Shown here: positions 41,195-54,000 of the stretch, one piece after another
Numbering within the stretch: position 1 is the first letter of the stretch
How the letters are laid out: every line of letters starts with the position of its first letter
DNA from: Cenococcum geophilum
Lineage: Eukaryota
DNA length: 64,000 bases
Assembly: GCA_050273025.1 (NCBI GenBank)
Contig: CP158635.1
Location: forward strand, 17,670,001 to 17,734,000
Direction: 5' to 3'
The notes under the pieces: model-generated
Database searches by the model: none
Told to the model about the DNA's origin: nothing
Seen by the model: only the letters and a program-made list of their open reading frames with translations
Position numbers and translations under genes: made by a program

Positions 41195-41449
41195 GGATAG
41201 TAGAATATAGTAGAATTTTGTAGATAGTAACTTAGTAGAAGTTAGCAGAACTCTAGTAACCTAGTAGAACTTAGTAGAACTTATTAACCTAGTAGAATTT
41301 AGTAGAATTTAGTAACCTAATAGAAGTTAGTAGAATTTTAGTAACCTAATAAAATTTAGCAGAATCTTAGCAACCTAGTAGAATCTAATAACCTAATAGA
41401 AGTTAGTAGAACTTTGGCAACCTAGCAGAATTTAATAGAATTTGGTAAC
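41195..41449 (+). repeat. LINE 3' UTR ~10-bp repeats (TAGTAGAACT, de-RIPed TGGCAGAACT)
   Basis: Array continues at 47522-47580 after the Copia; inverted copy at ~48690-48920. Confidence 0.85.
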
Positions 41450-44400
41450 TATTGGGAATAAAGGCAAATGGTCACTATATGAGGTATATTGCCGTCATGT
41501 ATGGCAAGTTGCCGTTACGTGCGGCAAGTTGCCATCGCGTGCCGCCGCGGCACTAGCGTAGTAAGAAACCTTAAGTTTCTTACCCCTTTCTTTAAAAAGA
41601 ACAACAGAACAATTATCATACTATCTGCGAACCGTAGCTACGTAATATCCCCCTTATATAACTAACACTAATTAGTGGTTAACTTTACTATTATACTATA
41701 GAGCAGCTAGGTATTCCACCAAGAAGAGATAAGCTACTATACTAGTGCTACTCGTGCTAGAGGAAGCTATCTTTTAAGGTTAGAACTGGTCCTAAACCTT
41801 AAATAGAACTCTTCTACAAATCTAAGGATCTAAAAGGCTAGAACTGGTCCTAAGCCTTTCTAAGATTATAGATTCTTGCGTCTATTACGTAAAACAACAC
41901 GCTTTATAAGTCTTCGCGATTTAAGGCTAGAACTAGTCCTAAGCCCTATAATCGCAAATATACGTCCAAACGCGTACTAAATAATAATCCCTATACCAAT
42001 AACACTTCCCTCCCTCTAAAAACATAGCTACGCCTACTTTAAATAACTGGAAAGACTTCTTACCACTAGGGGTAGCTAAGCACGCGAAACTTATTAATAA
42101 AGATTAGGACGAATTCGCCTTTAATATAACAACTTATACCGTAAAACAAGTTAACGGCTTTCTCTTACACTATATTATATTCTACCGAAATAGATGCTAC
42201 GCCGATTTATAACTATAGGAGTATTTTAGGGAGGATTTTATAGGATAGACTACTAATACCTAGGCACTTGGCAACGTTAATATTATTTAGAATTTTTAAG
42301 ACTTCCTTTGTAGGAATAGGGTATATATTACTAAAAACGGTAACCTAATTACTAGTAATATTTAGGCCGTTATTACTAGTATAAAAGAACCAATATAGAC
42401 GGAAGCTAAGATTATACGTTAACTATGGAAACCTAAAAACAACCCATATTCTTCAGAAGGCAACTTTAATTTGTATTAAAACCCCTAGAACGCTAACCCC
42501 CTACCTAGAGCTACTCTCCCACCTAGAGGTGCCCTCCTACTTAGAGTTGCTCCGCCTTTACCTTCTCTACTCTAGCTAACCGGTAAGCCTTTACTATAAA
42601 AAGTTATAAATCTGATAAAGGTATATTTAAATAAAAAAAAGAAGTTTAGAGGAGAACTATATAATATACTTAGAGCAAAATTATAGGTCTTCTATAACTG
42701 TTATAATAAGGTTAAAATTTAACGCCACTAGTACTACTACGCTTTCTCTATTATATTAAAGGGACGGGCAGTAATATTCTATTATAACTATATTATGGGT
42801 AAAAACTATAGCTTTAATATAATGCTTTAGCTTACTAGAGCCTACTTTAAGACTAATAAAAATCGCTAGCTTTATATATCCGAATAGCAAAAGACTATAT
42901 TCTAAAGAGTTATCGCTTCTAACCCAATAAAGACTTATTTAGAGTGCCTTTAATTACTCTTTAATAAACTCTAGAAAATCTAATATAGCCTTACTAAAAC
43001 TTACTAAAACAAGAACAGCCTAAGGGACTAGGTTATCTTAGCATACCGTGGCGTTCCTAAGTGCAACTTGGCGCTATATAAACCTATAGATACATTTAAA
43101 GGAGTATATACTAAGCTACGCTCCGCTATAGGTACTATAATATAAACATAAGAATCTTAACAGTTCTATACCGAAAACCCTACCCAAATAAGTATTCCCG
43201 ACTAATATAATTACAACTAGACTAATTAAACATATAGTGGCCGTGGTAGGGAATATAGAAAAGGGTATAATTAACGTCGACTATAAGGTAACTGTGGAGG
43301 TCCTCGTAAAGGTTTATTTTAAAGTAATCGCTAGAAGAAATGCTATATTTGTAAGAAGCTAAATTACTAGTTAACTAGACACTCCCTTAATAAGCGAAAA
43401 GAGGTATATAATAAGTTCCGTTAGAGTATAAGAAATATTAGAAATTATAAGGTTACTATGGCCTACTTTTAAAGCTTCCTAGTTTAATACAAAGGTATAA
43501 AAAACCTTGAGGGTAAGGTTAATAAGGTTAAACAGCTCCTTATAGATATAGAAATTAAGGACTACTTTTCTAACCAATACTTTACGGAGTATAGTAAGGT
43601 AGATAGTATATAAACCGTCGCTATTCTTAACAACTAATCTATGCTCCATTCTATTATAAAGTTAGATATCTTTAATAAGCCAAAGGAGAGCTCCGCGTTT
43701 TCCTTTAATAATAGATACTTAGCAAACGTCTTCTATGGTATTATGCCGGATACTAGAGCCGTAGAAGTATCTATAGCAGGAGAACCTTAAGTTTAAGCCC
43801 TTTAGCAGCTTAATAGCTCTGTTTAGATTAACTATTTAACGGCAGGCTAATACATAATTTGTTTTAGTAAGGGTACTATAATCTCCCTTAGCATAATTAG
43901 GGTTTAAACCCCCTTAGGGTATATTACTTTTTATATTATTCCTACGAACACCCTATTTCTATTTTATATTAGAGATATAGATAAACTAGGCGTTAAGCTT
44001 AATAACCTTAAGAATATGCTTATGTAGGGAGATAATTAGGTGCCTATTATATGTAAATAAGGTTACCCTTAGCTACTCCTTTAATAACTAGAAAAGAGTG
44101 TTGCTTAAAGCTATTTAACTAAGTTAGAGTTATGCCAACTATACCATCGTTTTGGTTACCTATTAGTTCACTAATTGCTTAGGGTTCTTTAATAAGCAGG
44201 CTATAAAGTTAAGGTTAAGGTAATTAAGCATCTTATAAAATACTACTATTACTACTAAATAAACTAGAGGTCCCCTAGCCGATTTAAGTTTACCCTTAAA
44301 GATAACTATAACTTTAACTTCTATATTATTGTTAACGTTATATACCTTAGCGGCAAGCCAGTACTTTAAGTTATTAACTTCTTAACCTTCTTCTAAGCTG

Positions 44401-47400
44401 TATAATTCTTAAAGAATATATTAGCTAGGAACGCATAGGATACCCTTTAGTTATACTAAATTAATATCTACCTAGGACCCCCTAATTAAATCGTCTATAA
44501 TATAAGAAAAAACTTCTTATCTATAGAGTTCCAATAATAAATAAAGGCAATGGTAATTAAGGTTAAGGAAGTCCCTATTAAGGCATATAATAGTATTAGA
44601 AAAGTAGAGTAATATTACGCGCTATTACGCCGCGTATATAAGATTATCTCTTTAGAACTAAAGGATGCTAATAAAGAACTTACCTTATAAATAGCTATTA
44701 AAGCTATTAATAATTCCGCTGGCCCGGATAGACTTATACCTATATTACTAGTCTTTAGCGCCTACCTACAAATAACTAATAATTCTCCACTATCTCCCTC
44801 CGTTATATAACGAGTTAAGGTAATTCATAAGGCAATAAAGGAGGTATAACGCCTCTATGCTATACGCTAGGTTAATAACGCACTAGGAATAAGAAATAGC
44901 TTAAATACCTTAACTATAATTAATCTGCTACTCTAGTCTAAGGTACACGTATGGCGTAAAAAGGGAGAATGGTTAGGCCTATATTAACTTATTGTAATTA
45001 ATAGTTAAACTTATACTATTTAGATGCCTTACAGACCCACTTAATTCCGTTTAACTATTATTAAGTCTTACTATAAAGATAACAATTCTAAGCCTTTATA
45101 GGATGCCCTAGAAGATGCTTTAGAAGAGAACCACGATTAATATACTCTAGAAGGCGACTATAATCCCGATATAATTATAGTAGATACGCTACAACTATAA
45201 TGCGGTAAAGGTCGCCTAAAGGGATCACAAAATCGCTAATATCTTATTAATTTTAAAGAACAATTTGTTGCCGCTATTAAGAATAGAGTTAAGTTATTAA
45301 TAGCCTTTATAACAGCTAAAGAGAAGGCTAACTTTAAGCTTGTAAAACAGCTCTAAAAGGAAGGTTGTATTATAACCCTAGGAGCTCCTTTCTAAGCATC
45401 CGATAAGCAGGAGATTGATAGTCTTATTATAAGAGGAGTCTTTAAATTCGAGAAGTATGACCCTACTAAGTTTGATGAAGTTCGCATCTTTAAGTTAAGG
45501 ATGGTTAATGAGATTAAGGGCAAGGCTACTAACGCCTTATTTGAGAAATTAAGGCTTGTTATCTAAGGTTATAATGATAATAGTAAGGAAATAATTCTTA
45601 TATAATTTTTTATAATTTAATAAGCTAGTTAATAAGTTATTGTTATATTAGCTCCCTCCTTAATAAAGAATAGAATAGCGGTTTATTTGCGAGATATTAC
45701 CTAGGCCTACACCTAATTAGAGATATACCTTTAGCGCTTAATATTAGCACACCTTCTAAAGCAAATTCGCTACTAATATCCCGAAGATATAATCATGGTT
45801 GTGCTTAAGCTATTATATAGAATTGCAGAGGTAGGAACTTACTAGTGGGCTACCTACAGCAAGCACTATAAAGAGAAGTTTTTAATAACTACTTCTACAT
45901 TTAATCCCTGCTTCCTTATTATAACTATAGGAACCCTATTTGGAATTGTCGGTATATAAACTAATAATATAATTATCTTGGGAGACGACCAATTCTTAGC
46001 TCTTAAAGAGGATGAGCTAGTAAAGGCAAATCTCATAGTAAAGCTAAAGGAAAAGCTTAATTTAATAATACTATTACTCTTTAATAGATGCATCCTCTCC
46101 CTAAATAAGGATTCTATTGCTTTACGCTAGAAGGGTTAAGGTAAGAAGATTAATATTATTAACATTAATTCTCTAAAGTAAGGATATATAGAGTAACGCG
46201 CTTACGGAGCTTATATTGCTTTTATCTATTAACCTAAGGCTTTATTTAATCTCTCTGTTGCCGCCTAATACTAAAAACTAACTAAGGACGATATTCTTGC
46301 CCTAAATAAACGTCTTTTCTAGTAAATGAACTATCTTAACCGGGGACTATACTATGTACTAGTTAATCTTCCCACCGCTAAGCTCTTTATATTTATTAAT
46401 AGATCGTTTATAAATAATAAAGATTTTAGCTCCTAGCTAGGATATAAGATTATTATCGCGAATAAATCTACTAAAGAGACTGACTTTATGATCTACGGCA
46501 ATCTTATCTATTAGAGCTTAACTAAGAGTAAATACGTTACTTAAAGCGTTCTAGTGTTAGAGATATATAGAATAGTTAGCGGAGTTAATATAGTAATTGC
46601 AATTAGAACTACCCTAAAAATAATTATAGATTAACTCAAACTTCTCGTTATCCCTATAATCGTATATACCGACTTATATTCCCTCTATAAGTGTTTAGTT
46701 AAGCTTAGTACTATAAAGGAGAAGCGCCTTATAATCGATATTATGGCACTTTGGCAATCCTACGAGCATTAAAAACTCTTTAAGATTTAATAGATTAATG
46801 GCTAAAATAACCTAGTAGATGTAATAACGAAGGCAAACCCAAATAAGGCACTAGAGATGTTTATTAATATAAATACTCTACGTATATAAGTTAAAGGTTA
46901 GGTTAAAAGGGAGTCCCTAGAAATTTCTTAGTTATGTAAGGTCTTAAGATATCCAGGAACTTTGACCAGCGGTTAAAGTTGTTTAATTAGTTAGATTCTC
47001 TTACCAAGACTTTTTTGGAGTATAACATTCTATAGACCCTAACTTAAGCTAGCCAATTAGAATTTTCTATCCCCGGGATGGAAAATCGCTATTAGCTTGC
47101 TTACTACTAGTACCTTAGCGGCCCTCTAAACAAGATATCTACCTGCGACTCCTAAGTAAGAAAGCACCATATGCTAAGAGGCAAATTTTAGGACAGTGAG
47201 ACTTATATTACAATGGCAATAGTAAGTAAAAAGAATTGATTTTTGTTCCGCTAGTTAAGCGGTATATATATATAGATGGCAACTATAAAAGAAGAGTTAC
47301 CAGTGTTAGGAATAAAGGCAAATGGTTACTATATAAGGCATATTACCATTATATATAGCAAGTTGCCGTTACGTGCGGTAAGTTGCCATTACGTACCGCC

Positions 47401-47521
47401 GCGGCACTAGCGTGGTAAGGAACCTTAAGTTCCTTACCCCTTTCTTTAAGAAGAACAATAGAACAATTATTATACTATCTACGAACCGTAGCTACGTAAT
47501 ATCCCCCTTGTGTAACCAACA
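41450..47521 (+). mobile_element. Copia LTR retrotransposon 2, full length, RIP-degraded, in the LINE 3' UTR
   Basis: 218-bp LTRs at 41450-41667 and 47304-47521; TSD GTAAC. Domain order: protease (MPDTGA ~43743), integrase (HRFGHP ~44145), RT (RDITQAY ~45690, GMQTDD ~45950), RNase H. Confidence 0.95.
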
Positions 47522-48278
47522 GTAACCTAGCAGAATTTAGTAGAGGTTAATATCCTAATAGAATTTAATAAAACTTAGTAAGGAATAGAGCTGCGTATAT
47601 TAACGTAAATGTAAATAATGGAACCTTTTACACCACTACTAGCCTTATAGGCTACTAGCCTACGCCCTACCTAGATAACTAGAGCAGCTAAGAACGGAAC
47701 CTAGGCTCTAGCTATATACCCTATCGGATAGACCCAGGAGTACGTATTAAGATAGCTTTTCTATAGCGCCTTAAAAAGATATCTACTTATACTTAGTAGT
47801 TACTAATTAGAAGAGAGGCTATATAGGCCGCATAATAAGCCATATAGGCCGTATAATAAGAGAAGGAGAGGTTTTATCTGGCCCTAGCGGTATAGTTCCC
47901 CTCTTATATATATATATATATATATACCTATATAGACCCGCTATATAGACCCTAATAGGAGCCATAATAGCGTAATTGAATATTATAACATATATAGGGT
48001 AGATCTTTATTTTAGCTAGTAGGTTTAACTTAAACGTAACTAGTAAAATCCTCTATATAATTTTAAAAGGTTCTAATCTAACATAGTCTAACTTTTTACT
48101 TAATTATTAACTTTTAAAATTTTTATATAGTAGCCACACTTTATCTCCCTCCTTAAGATCTAGTCCCTTAGATCTCTTAGTATTATAGTACCTTTTTATT
48201 CTCTCTTATACCTTCTTTACTAATTCTATAAGGTCTATATAAAGATTTATTAACGTCTTTATTCTTTCTTTAGCTATA

Positions 48279-51083
48279 TATTATATTATAATATTTAATT
48301 ACGCTATTACGGCTTCTGTTAGGGTCTATATAGCGGGTTTATATAGGTATATATATATATATATATAAGAGGGGAACCGTACCGCTAGGGCCAAATAAAA
48401 CCTCTCCTTTTCTTATTATACGGCCTATATAGCTTATTATGTGGCCTATATAGCCTCTCTTCTAATTAGTAACTGCTAAGCACAAATAGACGTCTCTTTA
48501 AGGCGCTATAGAAAAGCTATCTTAATGCATACTCCTGGGTCTATCTAGTGGGGTGTATAGCTAGGGCCTAAGTTCCGTTCCTAGCTGCTCTAGTTATTTA
48601 GGTAGGGCGTAGGCTAGTGGCCTATAAGGCTAGTAGTAGTATAGAAGGTTCTATTATTTGCATTTACATTAACGTACGCAGCTCTATTCCTTGCCAAGTT
48701 TTATTAAGTTCTATTAGGATATTAACCTCTACTAAATTCTGCTAGGTTACTAAATTCTATTAAATTCTACTAGGTTGCTAAAGTTCTACTAGCTTTTATT
48801 AAGTTGCCAAATTCTGCTAAATTCTACTAGGTTAATAAGTTTTACTAAGTTTTACTAGGTTATTAGAGTTTTACTAACTTCTGCTAGGTTGCTATCTATA
48901 AAATTCTACCATATTCTGCTATCCCTATAGTATTTATCCTCTGCCTCTTAAAGCACTTCCTAGCCTTTTTTCTTTACCTTAGCCAGCTCTCTAGTAAATA
49001 AAAGGTATAGTAAGAGGTTTATCTATATAAACCAGTCCATAACTACCTTAGTAGCCTTTAGCTTAGTTAGGAGCTCTTTATATAAGGATATTCTAGCATA
49101 GTAATATATTTTTACCCGGCTAGTAGCGTATCTAGAGCAGAATACTACTACGTATATTGTTAATTATTAGCTGTGGCCGTATAGGCAGGCCAGGGTTAGG
49201 TACCCTAGTACTTTTTAGTAGTAGAGGTATCTATTAAGCCCTATATACTCGGTTCTAAGTAGCGTATTAATTGTACTCTTTACCTTTATAAGCCTTGCGT
49301 AGCGTTTAAAGACTTCCTTATTTTATGGCTCGGCCTAGGCCGTCGTATAGTAGGTAAGCGTGCTCTAGTACTTTTCCTATTTCCTTTTTTACGGCTCCTT
49401 AAACGCCTTTTATACCTTAGCCTTTCTACTTCTCTTATACTGCACTTTAGATAAGTCTATTAGCCGTATATCTGTCTCTAAGATAGCGGCTGCTATCCTC
49501 TTAAGCTTATCCCGTCTAGTAGGCCGCATTAGTAGCTTTATTTTAGGCCGGAGTTAGTAGGCTATTATAGCCCGTATAGTATTGCACTTCCTCTTAATAT
49601 GCTCTCTTACTAGTCCTTCCCATGTCCTTTCCGCGTAGGCTATAGCTAACTCTTTAAGGTATATCTAAAGCGGCAGAAACCCCATCTTATGCTCTAGTAC
49701 TACTGTTAGCGTTAATTTATACGCCCCTATAATAGTGCGTAGGTATAAGTTCTATACTACACCCAGCTAGCGTAGCTTAGTTTTACTTATTTCCTTAGGC
49801 TTTATCTACTCTAGTAGCGAGTACCAGATACTATATCTATATAAAATTGCCGGCCGGACTACGGCGGAGTATATTATCCGCGCCTTCTAGAAGGAGGCGC
49901 CCTATATAGAGGCTGTAAGCTAGGCTAGAATATATTTACATTATAGAGCTATAAGAGTTATATATAAAGCAGAGTTACGGAGGCCCTCTTGCCAGGGCCC
50001 TCTACTATAGTTTTCTACTTTAGACGCCCCTTAACGTCTATCTACTTCTATAACAGCTAGCTAGCTAAAACTAGCCACTACCTATATACACCTAATTTGC
50101 TCTATAAGCCTATCCTTATAGCCTACCCTACCTAGATAAACTAATACGCGTGTCCGTCCTTTTAGGCTATATAGATAGTGTCGTTAATAAGGTGTTAATC
50201 CTTCCTCTAAAATAGGTCCACCAGGAGTCAGAGCCTAGTAAAGGGGTAAGGTTTCTAGAGTTGTCCGTCGCTACCATTATATACTACACCCTATAGCCGT
50301 TAAGCTGCTTCGCATTACCTATAACGCTCTTACAACAATAGGCCGACCGTGTCTTATAGGCGTGGGCCCATAATAACTCGACGCCGCGCAGCTATTATCC
50401 CTTAGCCGCCTACTAACCAAACTTGTTGTCCTTCTATCTTAACCAATACTTACATCTAAGTCTATTCCAGCCTACCTATATAGGTTTATCCTAGCTCTTT
50501 CTTAGTCCGTTTTAGATTAACGTCGCCGCCTAAAGAAGGGTTAACGCCGTTGCGTATATAGGTTTATCCTAGCTCTTTCTTAGTTCGTTTTAAATTAACG
50601 TCGCCGCCTAGAGAAAGGTTAACGCCGCCACGTAGAAAGGGAGGATTAACGTCGCTAAATGTGGTTAATAGTATTAAGATTCTTCCTGTGCCCTTACTAT
50701 AGTCTTGAAGCGGAACAAGTACAGAGGTGCCCTGTTGTCCCCTTAGACCTATCGCTTTTGCCAGTAAGTATAAGCGCTAGCTTATAGCCCTAGATTAGTC
50801 GTCTAGGTAGAGAGACGTCGGGTAGTTTTTAAAACCATTCCTCTGTTTTTAATGAGTTGTCTATGGTATTTTAAGTCTTAGCACACCAAGACCCGCGAAA
50901 ACTCTGCTGTTCTAACAGTGTTAAGGACTAAGCTTTTGAAAGCGCCCTCTAGCCACGATATAACGCCGCTGCATTAGTAACATACAAGATCCTTACTCTT
51001 AGCTTAACCGTGCGGACAAGATAAGACGGAAAGGAACCCCTATAGGACAGTATGGGTCGGATCTCGCTTTTGGTGTTCCTGTG
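48279..51083 (-). mobile_element. Chimeric retroposon: ~1.15 kb non-coding SINE-like 5' part fused to the 3' 1.65 kb of the Tad1-like LINE
   Basis: One 14-bp TSD TTTCTTTAGCTATA (48265-48278, 51084-51097) encloses both parts. 48279-49928 is the reverse complement of the LINE 3' end; 50870-51083 matches the head of 29488-29700. Confidence 0.88.
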
Positions 51084-54000
51084 TTTCTTTAGCTATACTA
51101 CTTATTTTCTTTACTTACCGTAGTAACAATAATATCTTTAGCTTATATCTATAATTTGCCTTAAATAGTAATATACCTATTCCTTTTTAAGGTATTATAT
51201 TATATGCAAACTATATAACTAGTAATAGCAATACCTAATTATTCTGTGTATAATTAATATAATACCTTAGATACTGCTTTAGTGTCTAGTTTAATCTTTC
51301 CATTTAACTATCTATCTGCAGATAATATGCGGTAGAAGTTACTACTTAAACTCCTTATTCCGCTAAGAATACCTCTTAAAATACTGCTATAAATCTTAGA
51401 TCTCTATCTAATATAATCTTACTTAGTGCTCCATATCTTATAAATACTTCTTTAATATAGATTCTAGCGATATCTTCTGCTAATATTTCTTCTGTATATA
51501 CTATAAAGTATCCCCACTTTATAAGCTTGTCTATTATTACTAAAATCGCGTTATAATCTTATCCGGTAATAGGATCTCTTAATTTTAGTAACTTAATAAT
51601 AAAGTCCTATAATATAACCTCCTATAGTCTCTCTAGTATTTTAATAGGTTATAGCCCTCCATATAGCTTATGCCTTATTAGTTTATTCCTTTAGCAATCT
51701 AAACATTTCTTTATAATTTTTTGTACTAAGCCCTAGATTCCGTTAATAATATACTCCTCCTAAAGTCTTAACACTAAGCCCGTAGCTCTATTATGTTCTT
51801 AAATTAATCCCTTATAAAACTCTTCCACGAATTACTCTACTATACTTCTTAGGATGTACTTTACTTCTTAATTTTCGTATATATTCGTCTATAGATCTTC
51901 TAGCTATACTTTTAGAATTCTTTATATCTAAAAGCTTTCTAGTATCTCGTAGACTCTATCTAGTCCTTCTTAAGTTACTATAATCTTTAGATAATTATAC
52001 CTAATTAATCTGTCTATATCTTTTCGCAGTAAAGCCCCTAATGGCTTGTTATCGTTTTATAGTTTAGCTTTTTAACTTAGAGCATCTACTTATATGTTGT
52101 TTGTACCCTTAGTATACTAAATCTTAAAATAGTATTCTATAAGCATCTCTACCCATCTAACTTATCTTTAATTAAGTTTCTTTATTATTAGGAATCCCGT
52201 TAGGTTCTTATAATCTATCTTAACTATAAATAGTTTCTCTATACCTTATAAAAATGCTCTTTATTTCTTTAGTGCTGTAACTATACCTAATAACTCCTTA
52301 TTATAAATGTTATAGTTTAATTCTAGTAGTATTATCTTCCAACTATAATATACTACTAGGTGCCATCCATCTTAATATTTCTGTATAAAGTATACCCCTA
52401 GTATAAAGTTTAATACATCCGTCTCTATAACCATTTCTAGTCCTAGTTAATAAATCTTAAGAACTAGCTCCTAGGTAAACAACCTCTTAACTTCTTTAAA
52501 TAATTTCCGCTATTCCTCTTCCCATACCCATAGTTCTTCTTTCTTTATTAATTACGTAAATGGCTTAATATCCTTTAACTATTACGCTATAAACCTTCTA
52601 TAGTAATTGCAAAACCCTAAAAATAATCTTAACTGCGTAACGTTCTCTAGTTCTTACCAATTTACTATAGCCTTAATCTTTTTTAAATCTATACTAAGTT
52701 GGCCTAGTTTAATAATAAATCTAATAAAATCGGTCTTCCTAATAAAGAACTCGCATTTCTTAATTACTACTAGCATTTGTTCTTCTTATAGTCTCTTTAA
52801 AACCTATTTAACGTATTCCCCGTGTTCTTCCTTAGTTATTAAGTAGATAATAATATTATTAAAATATACTATAACAAATTCATTTAAGTATTCTCCTAAT
52901 ACGTTATTAATACGCTTCTAGAATATTGCTAGTGCATTTATAAGCCCGAATTGTATAACTAATAGTTTATATAGTCCTTCCTTTAACCTAAAGGCTACCT
53001 TTTATTTATTGCCTTTCTTAATCCAGATCTAATAGTACGCCTATCTTAGATCTATCTTTATAAAAATTTACGCATTACCTATCCTATCTTAGATTTCGCT
53101 AATTAAGGGTAAAGGATACCTATCCTTCCTAGTAATGCTATTTAACTGTTTATAATCGATACACAGCCTTAATTTACCGTTTTTCTTTAGTACGAATAGT
53201 ACTGGATAACTCGCTAATAACTGCGATAGTCTAATATATCCCTTCCGTAAGTTTTTCTAGATAAACTCTTTTAGTACTCTACCTTCCTCTTTAGTAAGCT
53301 TATAGATTAGAAAAAACTTTAAACTTATTCCTAGTTCTAACTCTATCTTATAGTCCTATACTATATACTCTAACAGCTTCTTACTTTCTGGTAACTATAG
53401 TTTCTTGCCGTACTTATAGTATCTCTTTAGTATATAACTTAAACCTCGCTTAGTCTCTTTATATATCGCTCCAACTTAATACTATACTAACTTAGCTTAT
53501 TATTGCATCTTACGGCGTTAAGTATCTCTAATATTAACCTAACCTATAATCCAATTAATCTTTAGATTGTATTCCTATAACTAAGGCATCCCTAATACTG
53601 CCTTATTATTCCCTAATGGTAATATATTAAAAGATATCCCGATTTATCTCCCTTTAATAGTTAACTAAATAGGTCCTATTTTAAGATTAATAATACCTCC
53701 TCTATAGGCTATCGGATCTCCTAAAATCGTTACTAATAGGTAAAAGTGCTCCTTTTTTTTATATGGTAACCCCATTCTTTTAACTGCTACTAGCAAGATA
53801 TAGTTCCTCGTTACTCCACTATCTATTAGTGCCTTAAACTGCTAATTTTACTACTTAACTTATAAATTTAGGTATCGTCCTTAAATTCCTTTAAGGGTCT
53901 AAGGCTCTACTACTAGTTCCCTCTAGTCTTATAGGCCTCTACTTTTCCCAACTATTAGCTACTTAATCCTATTTATACTTAGTCCAACTTAGGCTAATAC

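Larger units (their letters stand above)
35677..47990 (+). mobile_element. Tad1-like LINE, apparently full length (~5.9 kb own sequence), RIP-degraded
   Basis: 14-bp TSD TATATAGGGTAGAT at 35663-35676 and 47991-48004. ORF1 has three CCHC fingers (QCFKCQGFNHIAKSC ~36818). ORF2 has APE motifs AIQEPW (~37597), GDFNLHH (~38250) and SDHFP (~38487), and RT motifs YRPIALLN (~39390) and PQGS.LSP (~39783). Confidence 0.93.

Noticed and set aside
47522..48930. Inverted repeat suggesting a foldback element
   Set aside because: It is formed by two oppositely oriented LINE 3' ends, each with its own TSD, separated by Gypsy E integrase sequence.
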